A DNA stretch of 64,000 bases from the NCBI RefSeq assembly GCF_009914755.1, contig NC_060926.1. One strand, given 5' to 3'. The notes under the pieces are model-generated. The model saw only the letters and a program-made list of their open reading frames with translations. It did not search any database and was not told where the DNA came from. Both the position numbers and the translations under genes were made by a program. Below, one piece after another: positions 13,728-28,320 of this stretch; position 1 is the first letter of the stretch, and the number at the start of each line of letters is the position of its first letter. Source of the DNA: the human T2T-CHM13v2.0 reference genome, Homo sapiens.

Positions 13728-14728
13728 GATCTAATTAAACTAAAGAGCTTCTGCACAACAAAAGAAACTACCATCAGAGTGAACAGGCAACCTACAGAAT
13801 GGGAGAAAATTTTTGCAATCTACCATCTGACAAAGGGCTAATATCCAGAATCTACAAGGAACTCAAACAAACTTACAAGAAAAAAACAACCCCGTCAAAA
13901 AGTGGGCAAAGGATATGAACAGACACTTCTCAAAAGAAGACATTTATGCAGCCAACAGACACATGGAAAAATGCTCATCATCACTGGACATCAGAGAAAT
14001 GCAAATCAAAGCCACAATGAGATACCATCTCACACGAGTTAGAATGGTGATCATTAAAAAGTCAGGAAATAACAGGTGCTGGAGAGGATGTGGAGAAATA
14101 GGAACACTTTTATACTGTTGGTGGGACTGTAAACTAGTTCAACCAGTGTGGAAGACAGTGTGGCGATTCCTCAAGGATCTAGAACTAGAAATACCATTTG
14201 ACCCAGCCATCCCATTACTGGGTATATACCCAAAGGATTATAAATCATGGTGCCATAAAGACACATGCACACATATGTTTATTGCGGCACTATTCACAAT
14301 AGTAAAGAATTGGAACCAGCCCAAATGTCCATCAATGATAGACTGGATTAAGAAAATGTGGCACATATCCACCATGGAATACTATGCAGCCATAAAAAAA
14401 TGATGAGTTCGTGTCCTTTCTAGGGACATGGATGAAGCTGGAAACCATCATTCTCAGCAAACTATCACAAGGACAAAAAACCAAACACTGTGTGTTCTCA
14501 CTCATAGGTGGGAATTGAACAATGAGAACACATGGACACAGGAAGGGGAACATCACACACCGGTGCCTGTTGTGGGGTGGGGGGAGGGCAGAGGGATAAT
14601 ATTAGGAGATATACCTAATGTAAATGACAAGTTAATGGGTGCAGCACACCAGCATGGCACATGTATACATATGTAACAAACCTGCACATTGTGCACATGT
14701 ACCCTAGAACTTAAAATATAATAATAAT
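13728..14728 (+). mobile_element. 5'-truncated L1PA4/5-like element (ORF2 C-terminus + 3' UTR)
   Basis: ORF 13915-14403 is the ORF2p C-terminus ([19 protein letters not shown]; the knuckle His is mutated to Tyr); 17-bp TSD AAAATGAAGCT[T/C]TGCTG at 13690-13706 and 14729-14745. Confidence 0.95.
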
Positions 14729-15444
14729 AAAATGAAGCTCTGCTGCTTGTTTATGCAGCATCTAGTGAAAGCAGAGGGAGATGGGTATAAGACAGGAACT
14801 CTGGGAAGTCCCAGACAGAGGAGACAGAGGGCTCATGGTCTGGAGTGCTGCATTCTGGATGCACTCCACCTTCAGATACCTTTTCAAGTGTTTGAAGTTC
14901 AGTGAACTGAATGTATTTTGTTAGCTGCCTTTTCCATTTGCTCCTCAACCTCGTGTGTACTTAAGTGACAATGTAATCCATCTGTTTTGTATTCATTTAT
15001 ACTGAACTCATCTAAATGTTATTTGGAGAGAAAGAAATCCAAGGACTCTTTCCTGTGGATTTAGTTAATACAGATTAGTCTTCATTTCCAGAAAGAAAAA
15101 GCATAAACAAACAAATACCAGGACCATTAGGCTAATTTGTAACATAGGAGCCCTCTCGTCCAGCCATAGGCAACATGGCGACACAAGGAACTAAACTTTA
15201 TCCCTGCATCTCCTACTTCATTATCATTTATCCTTTTTGGGTGCGTGTGTGTGTGCGTGCATGTGTGTGTGCACGCACGCATACCTCTTGCATGCCCTGC
15301 TGTCCTAAAGTAGTGTTCCAACCTCATGACCTTGAATACAGTTCCTATACGAGGAGGTAAACTTTGCTTTACTTATTGGCAGACTGTTTATCTAACAAAG
15401 GAATTTATGCTAAGATGTTCATGGAAAATATTGGGGTGAAACTA

Positions 15445-15675
15445 ACAATAACAAGACTTTATTGAGAGATTACTACATGTCATAAACTGGATTCACTTCT
15501 TATGTTCTCATAACCACTCTGGAAGGATATAGTATTATTTTCCTCATTTGAAAGATGGAACTTAGGTACAGAGAGGTGGAGTGACTTGCTCGTAGGGCTT
15601 GTACATTGCAGAATAGAAATTGCAATTGAGACCATCTAACTCTAAAGGCTACACTCTTAACCACCATGCTTATTG
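15445..15675 (-). mobile_element. MIR
   Basis: TTTATTGAG...CATTTGAAAGATGGAACTTAGGTACAGAGAGG...CTCTTAACCACCATGC. Confidence 0.75.
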
Positions 15676-16017
15676 CCTCTTAATGACTTACCACCCTCTC
15701 AAAGTGTTCGCATTTAAGTGTTACTTCCTAGGATAGCTTAATCTTAAAGAATGACTCTCATGGGAAGGAAGAGAAACAACCATTATAGATGGTCATGCAG
15801 TTATTGCAGAAAATTGGGAGCTGCAAAACAACCCTTCAGGGCTCTTGAACTATAAAATCTGGTGGGTGAGTAGGTGGGAGAATTACTCCACTTTCATGTG
15901 GGATCGATTCATAAGATAAAAAGATACACACATTTTTTCCCTTTTAAATGTCCAGACACAAATCTACTTGTTTCAAGAATACCATTTATGATAGAATATT
16001 GGGTATATTATATACTG

Positions 16018-16550
16018 ATTACTGGGTATATACCCAAAAAAATGTGTATCATACTATCATAAAGACACATGCACGCATAAGTTCATTGTAGCACTACTCA
16101 CAATAGCAAAGACATGGAATCAACCAAAATGCCCATTGATGGTAGGCTGGAAAAACAAAATGTGGTACATGTACACTACGGAATACTATGAAGCCATAAA
16201 AAACTAACAAGATCATGTCCTTTTTAGGAACATGGATGGAGCTGGAGGCCATTATACTTAGCAAACTAATGCAGGAACAGAAAACCAAATACTGTATGTT
16301 CTTACTTAGAAATGGGAGCTAAATGATGAGAACACATGGTCACAAAGAGAGGAATAACATACACACACTGGGGCCTATCGGAGGGTGGAGGGTGAAAGGA
16401 GGGAGACGATCAGGAAAAATAACAAATGAGTACTAGGCTTAATACCTGGATGACGAAATAATCTGAACAACAAATTCTCATGACACAAATGTACCTATAT
16501 AACAAAGGCCTGCCCACATACCCATGAACTTAAAAGTCAAATTAAAAAAA
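16018..16550 (+). mobile_element. L1PA13-15-like 3' fragment
   Basis: ACTGGGTATATACCCAAA...GGAGCTGGAGGCCATTAT...TACTAGGCTTAATACCTGG, A-rich end. Confidence 0.9.
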
Positions 16551-16724
16551 GAATCTGTCATGGTTCTTTCAATGTTGTACGGCAAACATATTAAAAATGG
16601 GCACTAGATATTCCAGGCAGTTTGAAATTCTGCAGCCTGAATTTTCTTTCCCTTCTAACCTCTCCTGCACATGTTAACTGTGCTCTCCCCTCACCCCCAA
16701 CCAAACATGAGTATCTCAGTGTTA

Positions 16725-16905
16725 CGATTCTCAAAGCAAGGTGTCCAGACCAGCAGCACCTGGATCCTTGTTAAAAATGAACATTCTCGGGGTCTGTCCC
16801 AGGTCTACTAAATCAGAACCTCTGGGGCTAGAGCCCAGCAATCTATACACATACATCTGCCCTCCAGGTAATTCTGACCTACATTTAAGTTTTCAAATGA
16901 CTATC
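16725..16905. mobile_element. MER5A
   Basis: ATTCTCAAAG..CCAGACCAGCAGCA..CTACTAAATCAGAAC..CCTCCAGGTAATTCTGA..TAAGTTT. Confidence 0.85.
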
Positions 16906-17219
16906 TCTGTGGATGGAGTCAATGAAGTGGAACGTGTCCTCTGATTAACTACACACTGTGCTGAGAAGGGTGAATCAACCAGAACACAGCTAGGCCTGGA
17001 TCAACTGGCAGGAAACATATTTTGAAATGCAAAACATTAGATGTAAAAGTCCAGGAAGAGACATTAGAAGTCGAAGTTAGGAGGTAGAAAAAGCCTTAGT
17101 AGTAAAATACAAAAGATTGACCTCTCTGTGGTATCCTCATGGAAAAGGACAAGTCTGACACCTCACCCGAGTTACCCAAGTTTGGGGAAGGGAGGGAGCA
17201 TATGGTAGGAAAAGATAGC

Positions 17220-17701
17220 TTTATTAGTTTTCTCTCATAATAACGTACCACAAATTGGCTGTCTTAAACAACATAGATTTATGTCTCACCATTCTGGAGG
17301 CCAGAAATCTCAAATCAAGGTGTCAGCATGTTTATACTCCCTCGGAAGCCTCTAGGGAAGGAACTGCCCCATGCGTCTCTTTTTGCTTCTGGTAGTCTTA
17401 GGAGTTCCTTGACTTCTGGGTGCATCTTTCCAATCCTCCATTTTTACATGGCATTCTCCCCGTGTGTCTGCATGTCATCTTCCCTCTGTGTGCATCAACC
17501 TCTGAGTCCAAATTTCCCCTCTTTATGAGGACACCAGTCACATTGAATTAAGACCCATCCTCATGAGCTCATTTTAATTTGAATACCCCTGAAGACTCAT
17601 TTTCCAAATAAAGTCACATTCTGAGGTACTGGAGGTAAGGACTTAAACATATCTTCTTTTTGACGGAGTTGGGGGAGGGAAACACAGTTTAACCCATAAC
17701 A
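17220..17701 (-). mobile_element. MaLR solo LTR (MLT1B/C-like)
   Basis: TTCTGGAGGCCAGAAATCTCAAATCAAGGTGTCAGCA...AAGTCACATTCTGAGGTACT...AACCCATAACA. Confidence 0.88.
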
Positions 17702-18530
17702 GTGCCTGAATGAGGAGAGCATGGGGTTGAGACAGAAGGCAAGGGGTCGAGTGGTCCTTGGTGAACATAGCTCAGGAAACCAGAGTGAGATGACTGATGC
17801 TCCTTATCTGACTCCAAATATGAGGCAAAGTGTCCTTCCTCCAGCTGTTAATAGCTCCCAAATGAGCAGGTGTTTGGAGCTTTTGGTGACCCTTTCTGTA
17901 CTTTTCCTGCCACATTTAGATGCTACACATTCTAGATCAGTCCACACCAGGTACCATATTCCCCCTTCCATGGAGTACAGAGAACACTGCATTAGGAACA
18001 AATATAATAATTTACATATAATTTTAATTTAATTTATAAATAATATAATTACTTTTACATATCAAGTGGACATATTACCCTCTAAGTCTCAGTTATCTCT
18101 TCCATAGAAAGAGAATAATACCTACCCTACCTCTTAAGATATTGTGGAAACCATCTGTTGAATTGTGAGTTTTGCTCCTGGTAAACTCCATAAGGAATTG
18201 CGTCACACAGAAGGGTCAAAGACTGATCACAGGTGAAACAAGCTCTTTGTCCGTCCTCAATCCTCCTCCTCACATGCCCTGGGGGATTTTAAAGGATATT
18301 GAGGCCTTATATTAAAGCATACTATATAGTGCACATATACATAGGTGGAGCGGGATGGCTGCACCACAGTAACTTCCAGCTGCTTCTAGAATTCTTGAGA
18401 AGCCATGGAGAGCTAACCAAATTATAGAGAGGCTAGAAGATTAAAATTTGCTGAATCACCAATGTTTCCTTTTTCCTGGAGACCTGTACCTTTCTGATTG
18501 CCTTCTAGACCCTTCTAGATGCATCTAGAC

Positions 18531-18749
18531 CAAGCTTGTCTAACCCATGGCCCACGGGCCACATGAGGCTCAGGACAGTTTTAAAGCAACCCAGTACAAA
18601 TTTGTAAACTTTCTTAAAACATGAGTTTTTTTTGCAATTTTTTAAAAGCTCAACAGCTATCATTAGTGTTAGCGTATTTTATGTGCGGCCCAAGACAATT
18701 CTTCGTCCTGTAATGTGGCCTAGGGAAGCCAAAAGATTGGACATCCCTG
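18531..18749 (-). mobile_element. MER30 (hAT-Charlie MITE)
   Basis: Termini CAAGCTTGTCTAA / TTGGACATCCCTG; perfect 8-bp TSD ATCTAGAC at 18523-18530 and 18750-18757. Confidence 0.93.
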
Positions 18750-19254
18750 ATCTAGACCCTTGTTTCACTTTGTCCTTTATGGAGAGAAAATCAGCTTTCA
18801 CAGTGAACTGCCTCTTTTATATATAAAATTCAAACCTCCTTGATGCCTTTCTTTTTGCAGGATTTAGCTATTACATTTTCCCCAGGGACTTAGATTTTAT
18901 TGCAGCAGCTTTCAGGCACTGAACCCTTTTACCACTTGACAGTGGCATGATTTTACTGCCTTTAAAATTCCAGGCCCATTTGACTGGGGCAGTCACTTCT
19001 CAGTACTGGCCAGCCAGCCAGCCTGCCTGAGGCCACACCAGAGACCAGCGAGGCCTGTTAAGCTAATATTTGCCCCTCTCTTTCCACCACCCATTACCTT
19101 CCCTACTGCTGCCACCCTGCACCATTTTTCTTCCATCTTGTTCGCAGCTAGTTTTCAATTTGTAAGGTGAACCTTATACTGACCTCTGGGGTCATGCAGG
19201 CTGGAGTGAGTGAGGGAGTAGCTGTTTTTTAGTAGGAGACATGGCAGGGGAATA

Positions 19255-19450
19255 GCATCTGACTTTGGAATCCTGAGTTTAAATCTTGACTCTTAATTGG
19301 TAGCTGTCTGACTTTACATAAATTACTTAAGCTGTCTGAGAAAGCAATCTGAAATTCCTAATCTTTAAAATGACAATAGTGTCTACTTTATGGAGTAATT
19401 TTGAGGATTAAAATATACATGTAAAATGACTCACATGGTGTTTTATAGTA
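19255..19450 (+). mobile_element. MIR
   Basis: GACTTTGGAATCCTGAGTTTAAATCTTGACTCT...TGAGGATTAAA. Confidence 0.75.
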
Positions 19451-20805
19451 ATTTGGTGATAACTACTTAAAGTCAGCCTTGGCCACAGCTGGTGCAATTA
19501 TCTCAGTTGTTGAGGTCTGGTTCTTACCTTGTTATGTGCTGTAGGACTATTATAATCATCAGCCCACAGTTAAGGCCCCAGCTGCTAAAATGGCTTTTCT
19601 CCCCAGCCCTGCACCAGCCAGAACAAAAGCTCAGGCTGCTGTTTTTCTTGAGAGGCATCACTGTCCCCTGGAAATGCAACCAGTCTGCTTGTAAGGGTCA
19701 TTTTCAAAGGATCTGCAGACCTTGAAGCTGCTTTTGGCCATACGATCATTGGTCAGTTCTAGCTGTTGACTCCTTGTCTGCAAGATGGCAAGGAAAAGGG
19801 CAGGACAAGGAATTTGAGTGACAAGATAGGGTGAGCAGCTGCGTTCTCCCAGTGCTGGTCACCAGCTACAAGGCAGTATTAGGCTGTTTAAGCTAGGCAA
19901 GATGGAGAAAACCGACATTATTACATGCCTTCTACCAGAACAGCAGGAGCAACAGATCTCTAGTACTGAGGGATCTGCCTCTCTTTATTTCCTTCTGGAG
20001 TGTGAGTTAACCCCTTTTTATAATCTTGGTTTGCATTGTAAACTTCTCCAAGAACTGCTTCTCCAGAATTCCCTTTGAGATGAAGCAAATCAGAATACAT
20101 GCTATTCTGCTCCCTCATTACAATTTCTTTTATTTGCATGCAGTTTTTTTCTCATTGAAATCCAGCTAGGATGAGGTGAAGTTATGACTGGCAGAGCAGT
20201 ATGCACGCAGTGCAGCCTTAACTGGGTCTTAAGTCTACTTGGTTTGATTCACTCAGCATTCTTGTTTATCCTCACTGTTGTGATTAAACTGGTTTATAAT
20301 TCTGTAAGTGTCTTTGTTTTTACTTCCCTTCTCAAGATTTTTTATACATTTTATTTTGACTTTACTAATTCACTCAATTCCCACTAGATAAATTTGATTA
20401 TCTATGTTTGTATCATAGATCACCCTTCAGATCAGTCTTTTTCACTGATATTATTGTGTGACACGATTTCTCTATTAATCCCAATAAATGAGACGGGAGC
20501 AGTACTGCAGCTCAAGTCTCCATTTAGGCAGCAGGGACTGGGTGTGGCTGGCTCCCACCATTACAGTCTCACTGGGTATCATGAGCGGACAGGAAAATAG
20601 TATGAAATGAAGATGACCTACATCATCCAAGGAGCTGAAGGCAGGGAAACACCCTATAGAATTATTGTCTGCTAGATAACCTCCCCAGTCTTTCTTGAAG
20701 CCTAAAGACCAGGACCTTTTTCCACTTACGGAGCTGTTTTTATGAGCACACAGGGCAAGGTTGACATGGAATTCTGTGAATTCCAAAGGCAAAATATTGA
20801 GCTTT

Positions 20806-20810
<5 letters not shown>

Positions 20811-20845
<35 letters not shown>
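20811..20845. repeat. (GT)n microsatellite
   Basis: About 17 perfect GT units. Confidence 0.97.
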
Positions 20846-20846
<1 letters not shown>

Positions 20847-21621
20847 TGCTTGTGTATGTGGTGGAGGTGGGAGATTGAAGGATAATGGCAAGAATTTGAA
20901 ACTAATCTTTTGCTTTCTTGCCCCCATAAATAATGGCCTTCATCTGGCCACACCTCTGCCTGGCATCTTGATGTAGCCACCCACCCCACAGAACTAACAT
21001 GGGCAAGCTCACATTTGGACTGTGAATAACTGGCAATCTCCACTGAATAACCTTGCTGTTATCTTCCTTCTTTTCTCTCTTTGTCACCCATGTGGCATTT
21101 TTATGAAACCATGGCTCTCCTTTCCTTGCAAGAGCTGTTTGGCTCAGATAAGTAGCCCTGTCTTTAAATATATTAGGAGAAGAAATAAAGAAAAACCCTA
21201 GTAGTGGTCTCCAGATTGTATGTTACAAGTCAGAAGAATTTACCACTGCTTAGAAGAAGCTCAAATGTGGCTCCCAAATTCCCTGCTAGTCCTTCACCCC
21301 TACCTCAATTTATCTCATCCTTCACAATGGGCCTCTAGCAGGTCAACAATTAGTCAAGAAAAAACTGTGAATTATCATCAACTGTGACCGACCCACTCTG
21401 AAAAAATAACAATCCTAGTCTCTGTTCTCCTTTCACCTCTAGGAATTTCTCCAAATTCAAGGTTTAAATAATTTGATCTAATCTAGGAAGGACTTCAATT
21501 CTAGCTCTTTTATTTACTGTGTTGCATGGTAATATGTAAGCAAAAGATAACCTGTCTGAAACATCATTTATTTGTAAAAAAATAAAAATAAAAAGGGATA
21601 CTATTTGTGTGGTGGGTGGTT

Positions 21622-21647
21622 ATAATAATAATAATAATAATATAATA
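21622..21647. repeat. (AAT)n microsatellite
   Basis: Visible tandem AAT run. Confidence 0.9.
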
Positions 21648-23364
21648 ACATAATAGAGACAAATGCCAAGCAGATTGGTTGTGCACTCAGAAGGAACTCA
21701 AGATACTGGCCCTTTTCTCGCTTTTCCTAAGCAACAGCCAGTTAGTGTTCAGGAACACCTCACATCTCAGTGCTGGGGATGACCAGGAGACGAGGTGCAC
21801 TAAAGCGTGGGGAACTCTCACCCTTCTCACCTTCTCTCACAGTCCTCTGCTCCTGCAGATTTCATTTTCAAAGAGGGTGCCAGTACTAAGAAATCATGTT
21901 TAAAAGCCACTAGTCTGAGGGTAATGACCAGCTATCACTGAAGGGGGTGAAACATTAAAGGTTAACTCAGTTGAAACCCCTTGTGTTGGGAAATGGGGTG
22001 TCTGACAAAGTAAAACGATGCCACACAGCGTGGGAGGGGAGATGGTGACGAGGGAATAAGAGGTCTCCTCTGTCTGCAGACCTGGGCTTTGTGTCCGGCA
22101 TCATTCTTCTCAGGTTGTGTATTATACATTACAGCATCCACCAATTCCAGGAAGAGCTGTTAGAAATCCTGTCCCTACAGGAATTTACCGTAAGAAGGGG
22201 CACAGGTCACACAGCAGATGAATGGTTCTACTCATCTCCCTGCGGTGAGATCTTTTGTAGTGAAGGGTCCTTTCTGGAGAGAATCCCTTCTCAGTCTTCT
22301 AGAATTCCCAGGAGTCATGAAAGTCTATATCCTACTTTGACTTCACTCTGGGGTTGCTTGCTGGCTGAAAGGAAGGAGAATCAAATTTAGAAATATCTGA
22401 AAGGAAATCCAGATATAGGCTATTAATAGATGAGAGGTGAAGCTAGGCTATATCAGCTGCTGAGGTACTACCAATTATACTTAGATTAAGGAGAGGATTT
22501 TAAATAAGAGCATGAACCTAAGGCCATGAGAGTGGGAGGAATAGTGAGCTTTCAAAACTTCTAATTTTCAGAGGCAAGACCTCAACCATGGCTTATGTAT
22601 ATAACAAAGGTGATTTTACATAATAAGAGAAATGAAAATTTATTTTCAGGAAAGTTTAGGAAACTAAGAAAAAAATAAGGTTAATTGTGTTTGAGGGACT
22701 ATCTTAAAGTTTCAATAGTGCCATAAGAGGAAAAAAATAGAAGAATATAGAATAATGAAATTGTGAAGACTCTCTGGCTTAGGAGGCATCCATCGTTTAC
22801 TGCTGCCCAAACTTCTCTACCAGGCATTTAAAATCTTCCATTCGCAGGTCTCGTTTTACCTATCCAACTTTGCTGGATTTTTAATTTTATTCTAACTTTT
22901 ATTTTAGATTCAAGGAGTACATGTGCAGGTTCGTTACATGGGTATATTGTGTGATGCTGAGGTTTAGGGTACAATAGAACCCGTTATCCAGGTAGTAAGC
23001 ATAGTGCCCAATAGGTAGTTTTTCAGCCCTTTCCCCCCTCCCTCCCTTCTCCCTCACTTCTCCCTCCCTTCTCCCTCTCTTCTCCCTCCAGGGTTCCCCA
23101 GTGTCTATTGTTTGGATCTTTATGTCCACGTGTATGCAATGTTTAGCTCCCATTCATCATAAGTGAGAACATGTTGTATTTGGTTTTCTATGTTAATTTG
23201 CTTAAGATAATAGCTTCTAGCTGCATCCATGTTGCCGCAAAAAGTATGATTTATTTATTTTTTTAAACTTTTAAGTTCAGGGTACATGTGCAGGTTTGTT
23301 ACATAGGCACATTTTTGTCATGAGGATTTGTTGTACAGATTATTTCATCACCCAGGTATTACGC

Positions 23365-23731
23365 TGTATTAGTCTGTTCTCATGCTGCTCATAAAGACAT
23401 ATCCGAGACTGAGCAATTTGTAAAGGAAAGGGGTTTAATTGACTCACAGTTCAGCATGGGTGGGGAGGCCTCAGGAAATTTACAATCATGGCAGAAGGGG
23501 AAGCAAACATGTCCTTCACATGGTGGCAGCAAGAAGTGTGGAGTGAAGTGGGGGCAAAGCCCCTTATGAAACCATCAGATCTTGTGAGAACTCACTATCA
23601 TGAGAACAGCATGGAGGTAACTACCCCCATGATTCAATTACCTCCCACTGGGTCCCTCCCACCGAATGTGGGGTTTATGGGAACTACAGTTCAAGATAAG
23701 ATTTGGGTGGGGACACAGCTAAACCATGTCA
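23365..23731 (-). mobile_element. THE1C/D solo LTR inserted in L1 3' UTR
   Basis: TGTATTAGTCTGTTCTCATGCTGC...GGGACACAGCTAAACCATGTCA; 5-bp TSD TA[C/A]GC. Confidence 0.93.
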
Positions 23732-26700
23732 TAAGCCTAGTACCCATTTATTATTTTTCCTGGTCCTCTCCCAACTCCCACCCTTCACCTTCTGATTGGC
23801 CCTGGTGTGTGTTGTTCCCCTCTGTGTGTCCACATATTCTAACCTTTTAGCTCCCACTTATAAATGAGAATATGTGGTATTTGGTTTTCTGTTACTGCAT
23901 TAATTTTCTAAGGATAATGGCCTCCAACACCATCTGTGCCCCTGCAAAGGACATGATCTTGTTCTTTTTTATGACTGCATAATATTTCATGGCATTTGTG
24001 TACCACATTTTCTTTATCCAGTCTATCATTAATGGGCATTTTGGTTGCTTCCATGTCGTTGCTATTGTGATTAGTGCTGCAATGAACATACGTGTGCATG
24101 TGTCTTCATAATAGAATAATTTATATTCCTTTGGGTATATAGCCAGTAATGGGATAGCTGGGTTGAAAGGTATGTCTGTCTTTAGGTCTTTGATGAATTG
24201 CCACACTGTCTTTGACAATGGTTGAGCTAATTTACACTCCAATGAACAGTGTATAGCATTTCTTTTTCTTAACAAACTCAACTGTATCTGTTATTTTTGA
24301 CTTGTTAATATAGCCATTGTGAGTGGTGTGAAATGGTATTTCATTGTGGTTTTTATTTGCATTTCTCTAATAATCAGTAGCGTTGAGCTTTTTTTCAGAT
24401 GATTGCTGACCACATGTATGCCTTCTTTTGAGAAGCAACTATTCATGTTATTTGACCACTTTTTAATGGGATTGCTTGTTTGATTCTTGCAAACTTATTT
24501 AAGTTCCTTACAGATGCTAGATATTAGAACTTTGTCAGATGCATAGTTCCCAAAAGTTTTCTCCCATTCTGTTGGTTGTCTGTTTATTTTGTTGATAATT
24601 TCTTTTGCTGTGCAGAAGCTCTTTAGTTTAATTAGATCCCATTTGTTAATTTTTGCTTTTGTTGCAATTGCTTTTCATGTCTTCATCATGAAATCTTTGC
24701 TCATGCCTATGTTTTGAATTGTTTTGCCCAGGTTGTCTTCCAGGGTTTTTATAGTTTTGAGTTTTACATTTAAGTCTTTAATCTATCTTGAGTTAATTTT
24801 TGTATAAGTTGTAAGGAAGGGGTCAAGTTTCAATCTTCTGCATATGGCTAGCCAGTTATCGGAGCACCAATTACTGAATATGGAATTCTTTCCTCCTTGC
24901 TCATTTTTGTCAGGTTTGTCAAAGATCAGATAGTTGCAGGTATGCAGTCTTATTTCTGGGTTCCCTATTCTGTCCCGTTTGTCTATGTGTGCACTTTTGA
25001 ACCAGTATCTTGCTGTTTTGGCTACTGCAGCCCTGTAGTATAGTTTGAAATTGGGTAGCGTGATGCTTCCAGCTTTGTTCTTTTTGGTTAGGATTGTCTT
25101 GACTATTCAGGCTCCTTTTGGTTCCATGTGAATTTTAAAATAGTTTTTTTTCCTAGTTCTGTGATGAATGTCAGTGGTAGTTTAATAGGAAGAGCATTGA
25201 ATCAATAAATTGCTTTGGGCAGTATGGCCATTTTCATGATACTGATTTTTCCTATCCATGAACATGAAATGTTTTTCCATTTCTTCCTCTCTGGTTTCTT
25301 TGAGCAACATTTTGTAGTTCTCCTTGTAGAGATCTTTCACCTCCCTAGTTAGCTGTATTCCTAGGTATTTTATTCTTTCTTGTGGCAATTTTGAAAGGGA
25401 GTTTGTTCGTGATTTGGCTCTTGGCTTAACTATTGTTGGTGTATAGGAATGCTAACAATTTTTGCACATTGATTTTGTCTCCTGAAACTTTGCTGAAATT
25501 GCTTATCAGCTGAAGAAGCTTTTGGGCTGAGAAAATGGGGTTTTCTCAATATAAAATTGTCATCTACAAACAAGGATAGTTTGACTTCCTCTCTTCCTAT
25601 TTGAATGCCTTTATTTATTTCTCTTGTCTGATTTCCCTGGTCAGAACTTTCAATATTATGTTGAAAAGGAGTGGTGAGAGAGGACATCCTTTCATTGGGA
25701 CAGTTTTCAAAAGGAATGCCTTCAGCTTTTGCCCATTCAGTATGATGTTGGCTGTGGGTTTGTCATAGATGGCTCCTATTATTTTGAGATATGTTCCTTC
25801 AATACCTAGTTTATTGAGAGTTTTCAACATGAAGGATGTTGAATTTTATTGAAAGCCTTTTCTGCATCTGTTGAGATTATTATGTGGTTTTTGCCTTTGG
25901 TTCTGTTTATGTGATGAGTCACATTTATTGATTTGCATATGTTGAACTAACCTTGCATCCCGGAGGTGAAGCCTACTTGATTTTGGTGGATAAGCATTCT
26001 GATGTGCTGCTGGATTCAGTTTGCCAGTATTTTGTTAAGGATTTTTGCATTGATGTTCATGAAAGATATTTTTTTCTTTTCTTTTTTTCTTTCTCTTCTT
26101 TTTTTTTTTTTTTAAATCTCTGCCAGATTTTAGTATCAGGATGATGCTGGCATCATAGAATGAGTTAGGGAGGATTCCCTCCTTTTCAATTTCTTAGAAT
26201 GTTTTCAGTAGGAATGGTACCGGCTCTTCTTTGTACATCTGGTAGAATTCAGCTGTGAATCCATCTGGTTCTGGGCCCATTTTGGTTGGTAGGCTATTTA
26301 TTACTGTCTCAATTTCAGAACTTGTTATTGGTCTGTTCAGGGATTCAGTTTCTTCCTGGTTCAGTCTTGGGAGGGTGTATGTGTCCATGAATTTATTCAT
26401 TTCTTTTACATTTTCTAGCTTATGTGCATAGAGGTGTTTATAATATTTTCTGATGGTTGTTCATATTTCTGTGGGGTCAGTGGTAATATCCCCCCTTATT
26501 CTAAATGCGTGTATTAGAATCTTTTTTCTTCTTTGTTCGTCTAGCTAGTGATCTATTTTATTTTATTTTTTCAAAAAAACAGCTCCTGGATTCGTTGATC
26601 TTTTGAAATGGTTATTGTGTCTCTACCTCCATCAGTTCAGCTCTAATTTGGGTTATTTCTTGTCTTCTGCTAGCTTTGAGATTTGTTTGTCCTTGGTTCT

Positions 26701-27942
26701 TTAGTTCTTATAGTTGTGATGTTAGGTTGTTAACTTGAGATCTTTCTAACTTTTTGATGTAGACATTTAGTGCTATAAATTTCCCTCTTAACACTGCCTT
26801 AGCTGTGCCCTAGATTCCGGTGTGTTGTATCTTTGTTCTCATTAGTTTCAAAGAACTTCTTGATTTCTGCCTTAATTTTATTATTTAGCCAGAAGTCATT
26901 CAGGAGCAGGTTATTTGATTTCCACGTAATTGTATTGTTTTGAGTGAATTTCTTAGTCTTCAGTTCTAATTTGATTGTTCTGTGGTCTAAGAGACTGTTT
27001 GTTATGATTTCAGTTCTTTTGCATTTGTTGAGGAGTGCTTTACTTCTGATTATGTGATGAATTTTAGAGTAAGTGCCATGTGGCAATGAGAAGAATGTAT
27101 ATTCTGTTGTGTTTGTGTGGAGAGGTCTGCAGATATCTATCAGGTCTATTTAATCCAGAGCTGAATTCAGATCCTGAATAACTTTGTTAATTTTCTGTCT
27201 CAATGATCTGTCTAATGTTGTCAGTGGGGTATTAAAGTCTCCCACTATTATTCTGTGGGTGTCTAAGTCTCTTTAAAGGTTTCTAAGAACTTGCTTTATG
27301 AAACTGGGTCCCCCTGTGTTGGGTGCATATATATTTAGGATAGTTAGCTCTTCTCGTTGAATTGAACCCTTCACCATTATGTACTGCCCATATTTGTCTC
27401 CTTTGATCTTGGTTGGTTTAAAGTGTGTTTGCCAGAAACTAGGATTTCAACCTCTCCTTTTTTCTGTTTTCTATTTGCTTGGTAGATTTTCCTCTATCCC
27501 TTTATTTTGAGACCACGTGTGTCATTGCATGTGGGATGGGGGACATTTTGAAGACAGTATACCAATGGGTCTTGGTTTTTTATCCAGCTTGCCACTCTGT
27601 GTCTCTTAGTAGAGGCATTTAGATGATTTACTAATTAAGGTTAGTATTGATGTGTATGGATTTGATCCTGTCATCATGATGTTAGCTGGTTATTTTATAG
27701 ACTTGTTTGTGTGATTGCTTTATAGTGTCACTGGTTTGTGTACTTCAGTGTGTTTTTTTAGTGGCTGATAATGGTTTTTCACTGGCATATTTAGTGCTTC
27801 CTTCAGAAGCTTTTGTAAGGCAGGTCTGGTGGTAATGAATTCCCTCAGCATTTGCTTGTCTGAAAAAGCTTTTATTTCTCCTTTGCTTATGAAGCTTAGT
27901 TTGGCCAGATATGAAATTCTGGGTTGGAAATTCTTTTCTTTA

Positions 27943-28320
<378 letters not shown>

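Noticed and set aside
13915-14403. 162-aa ORF as a gene
   Set aside because: It is the L1 ORF2 C-terminal fragment, with an upstream frameshift and a mutated zinc-knuckle His
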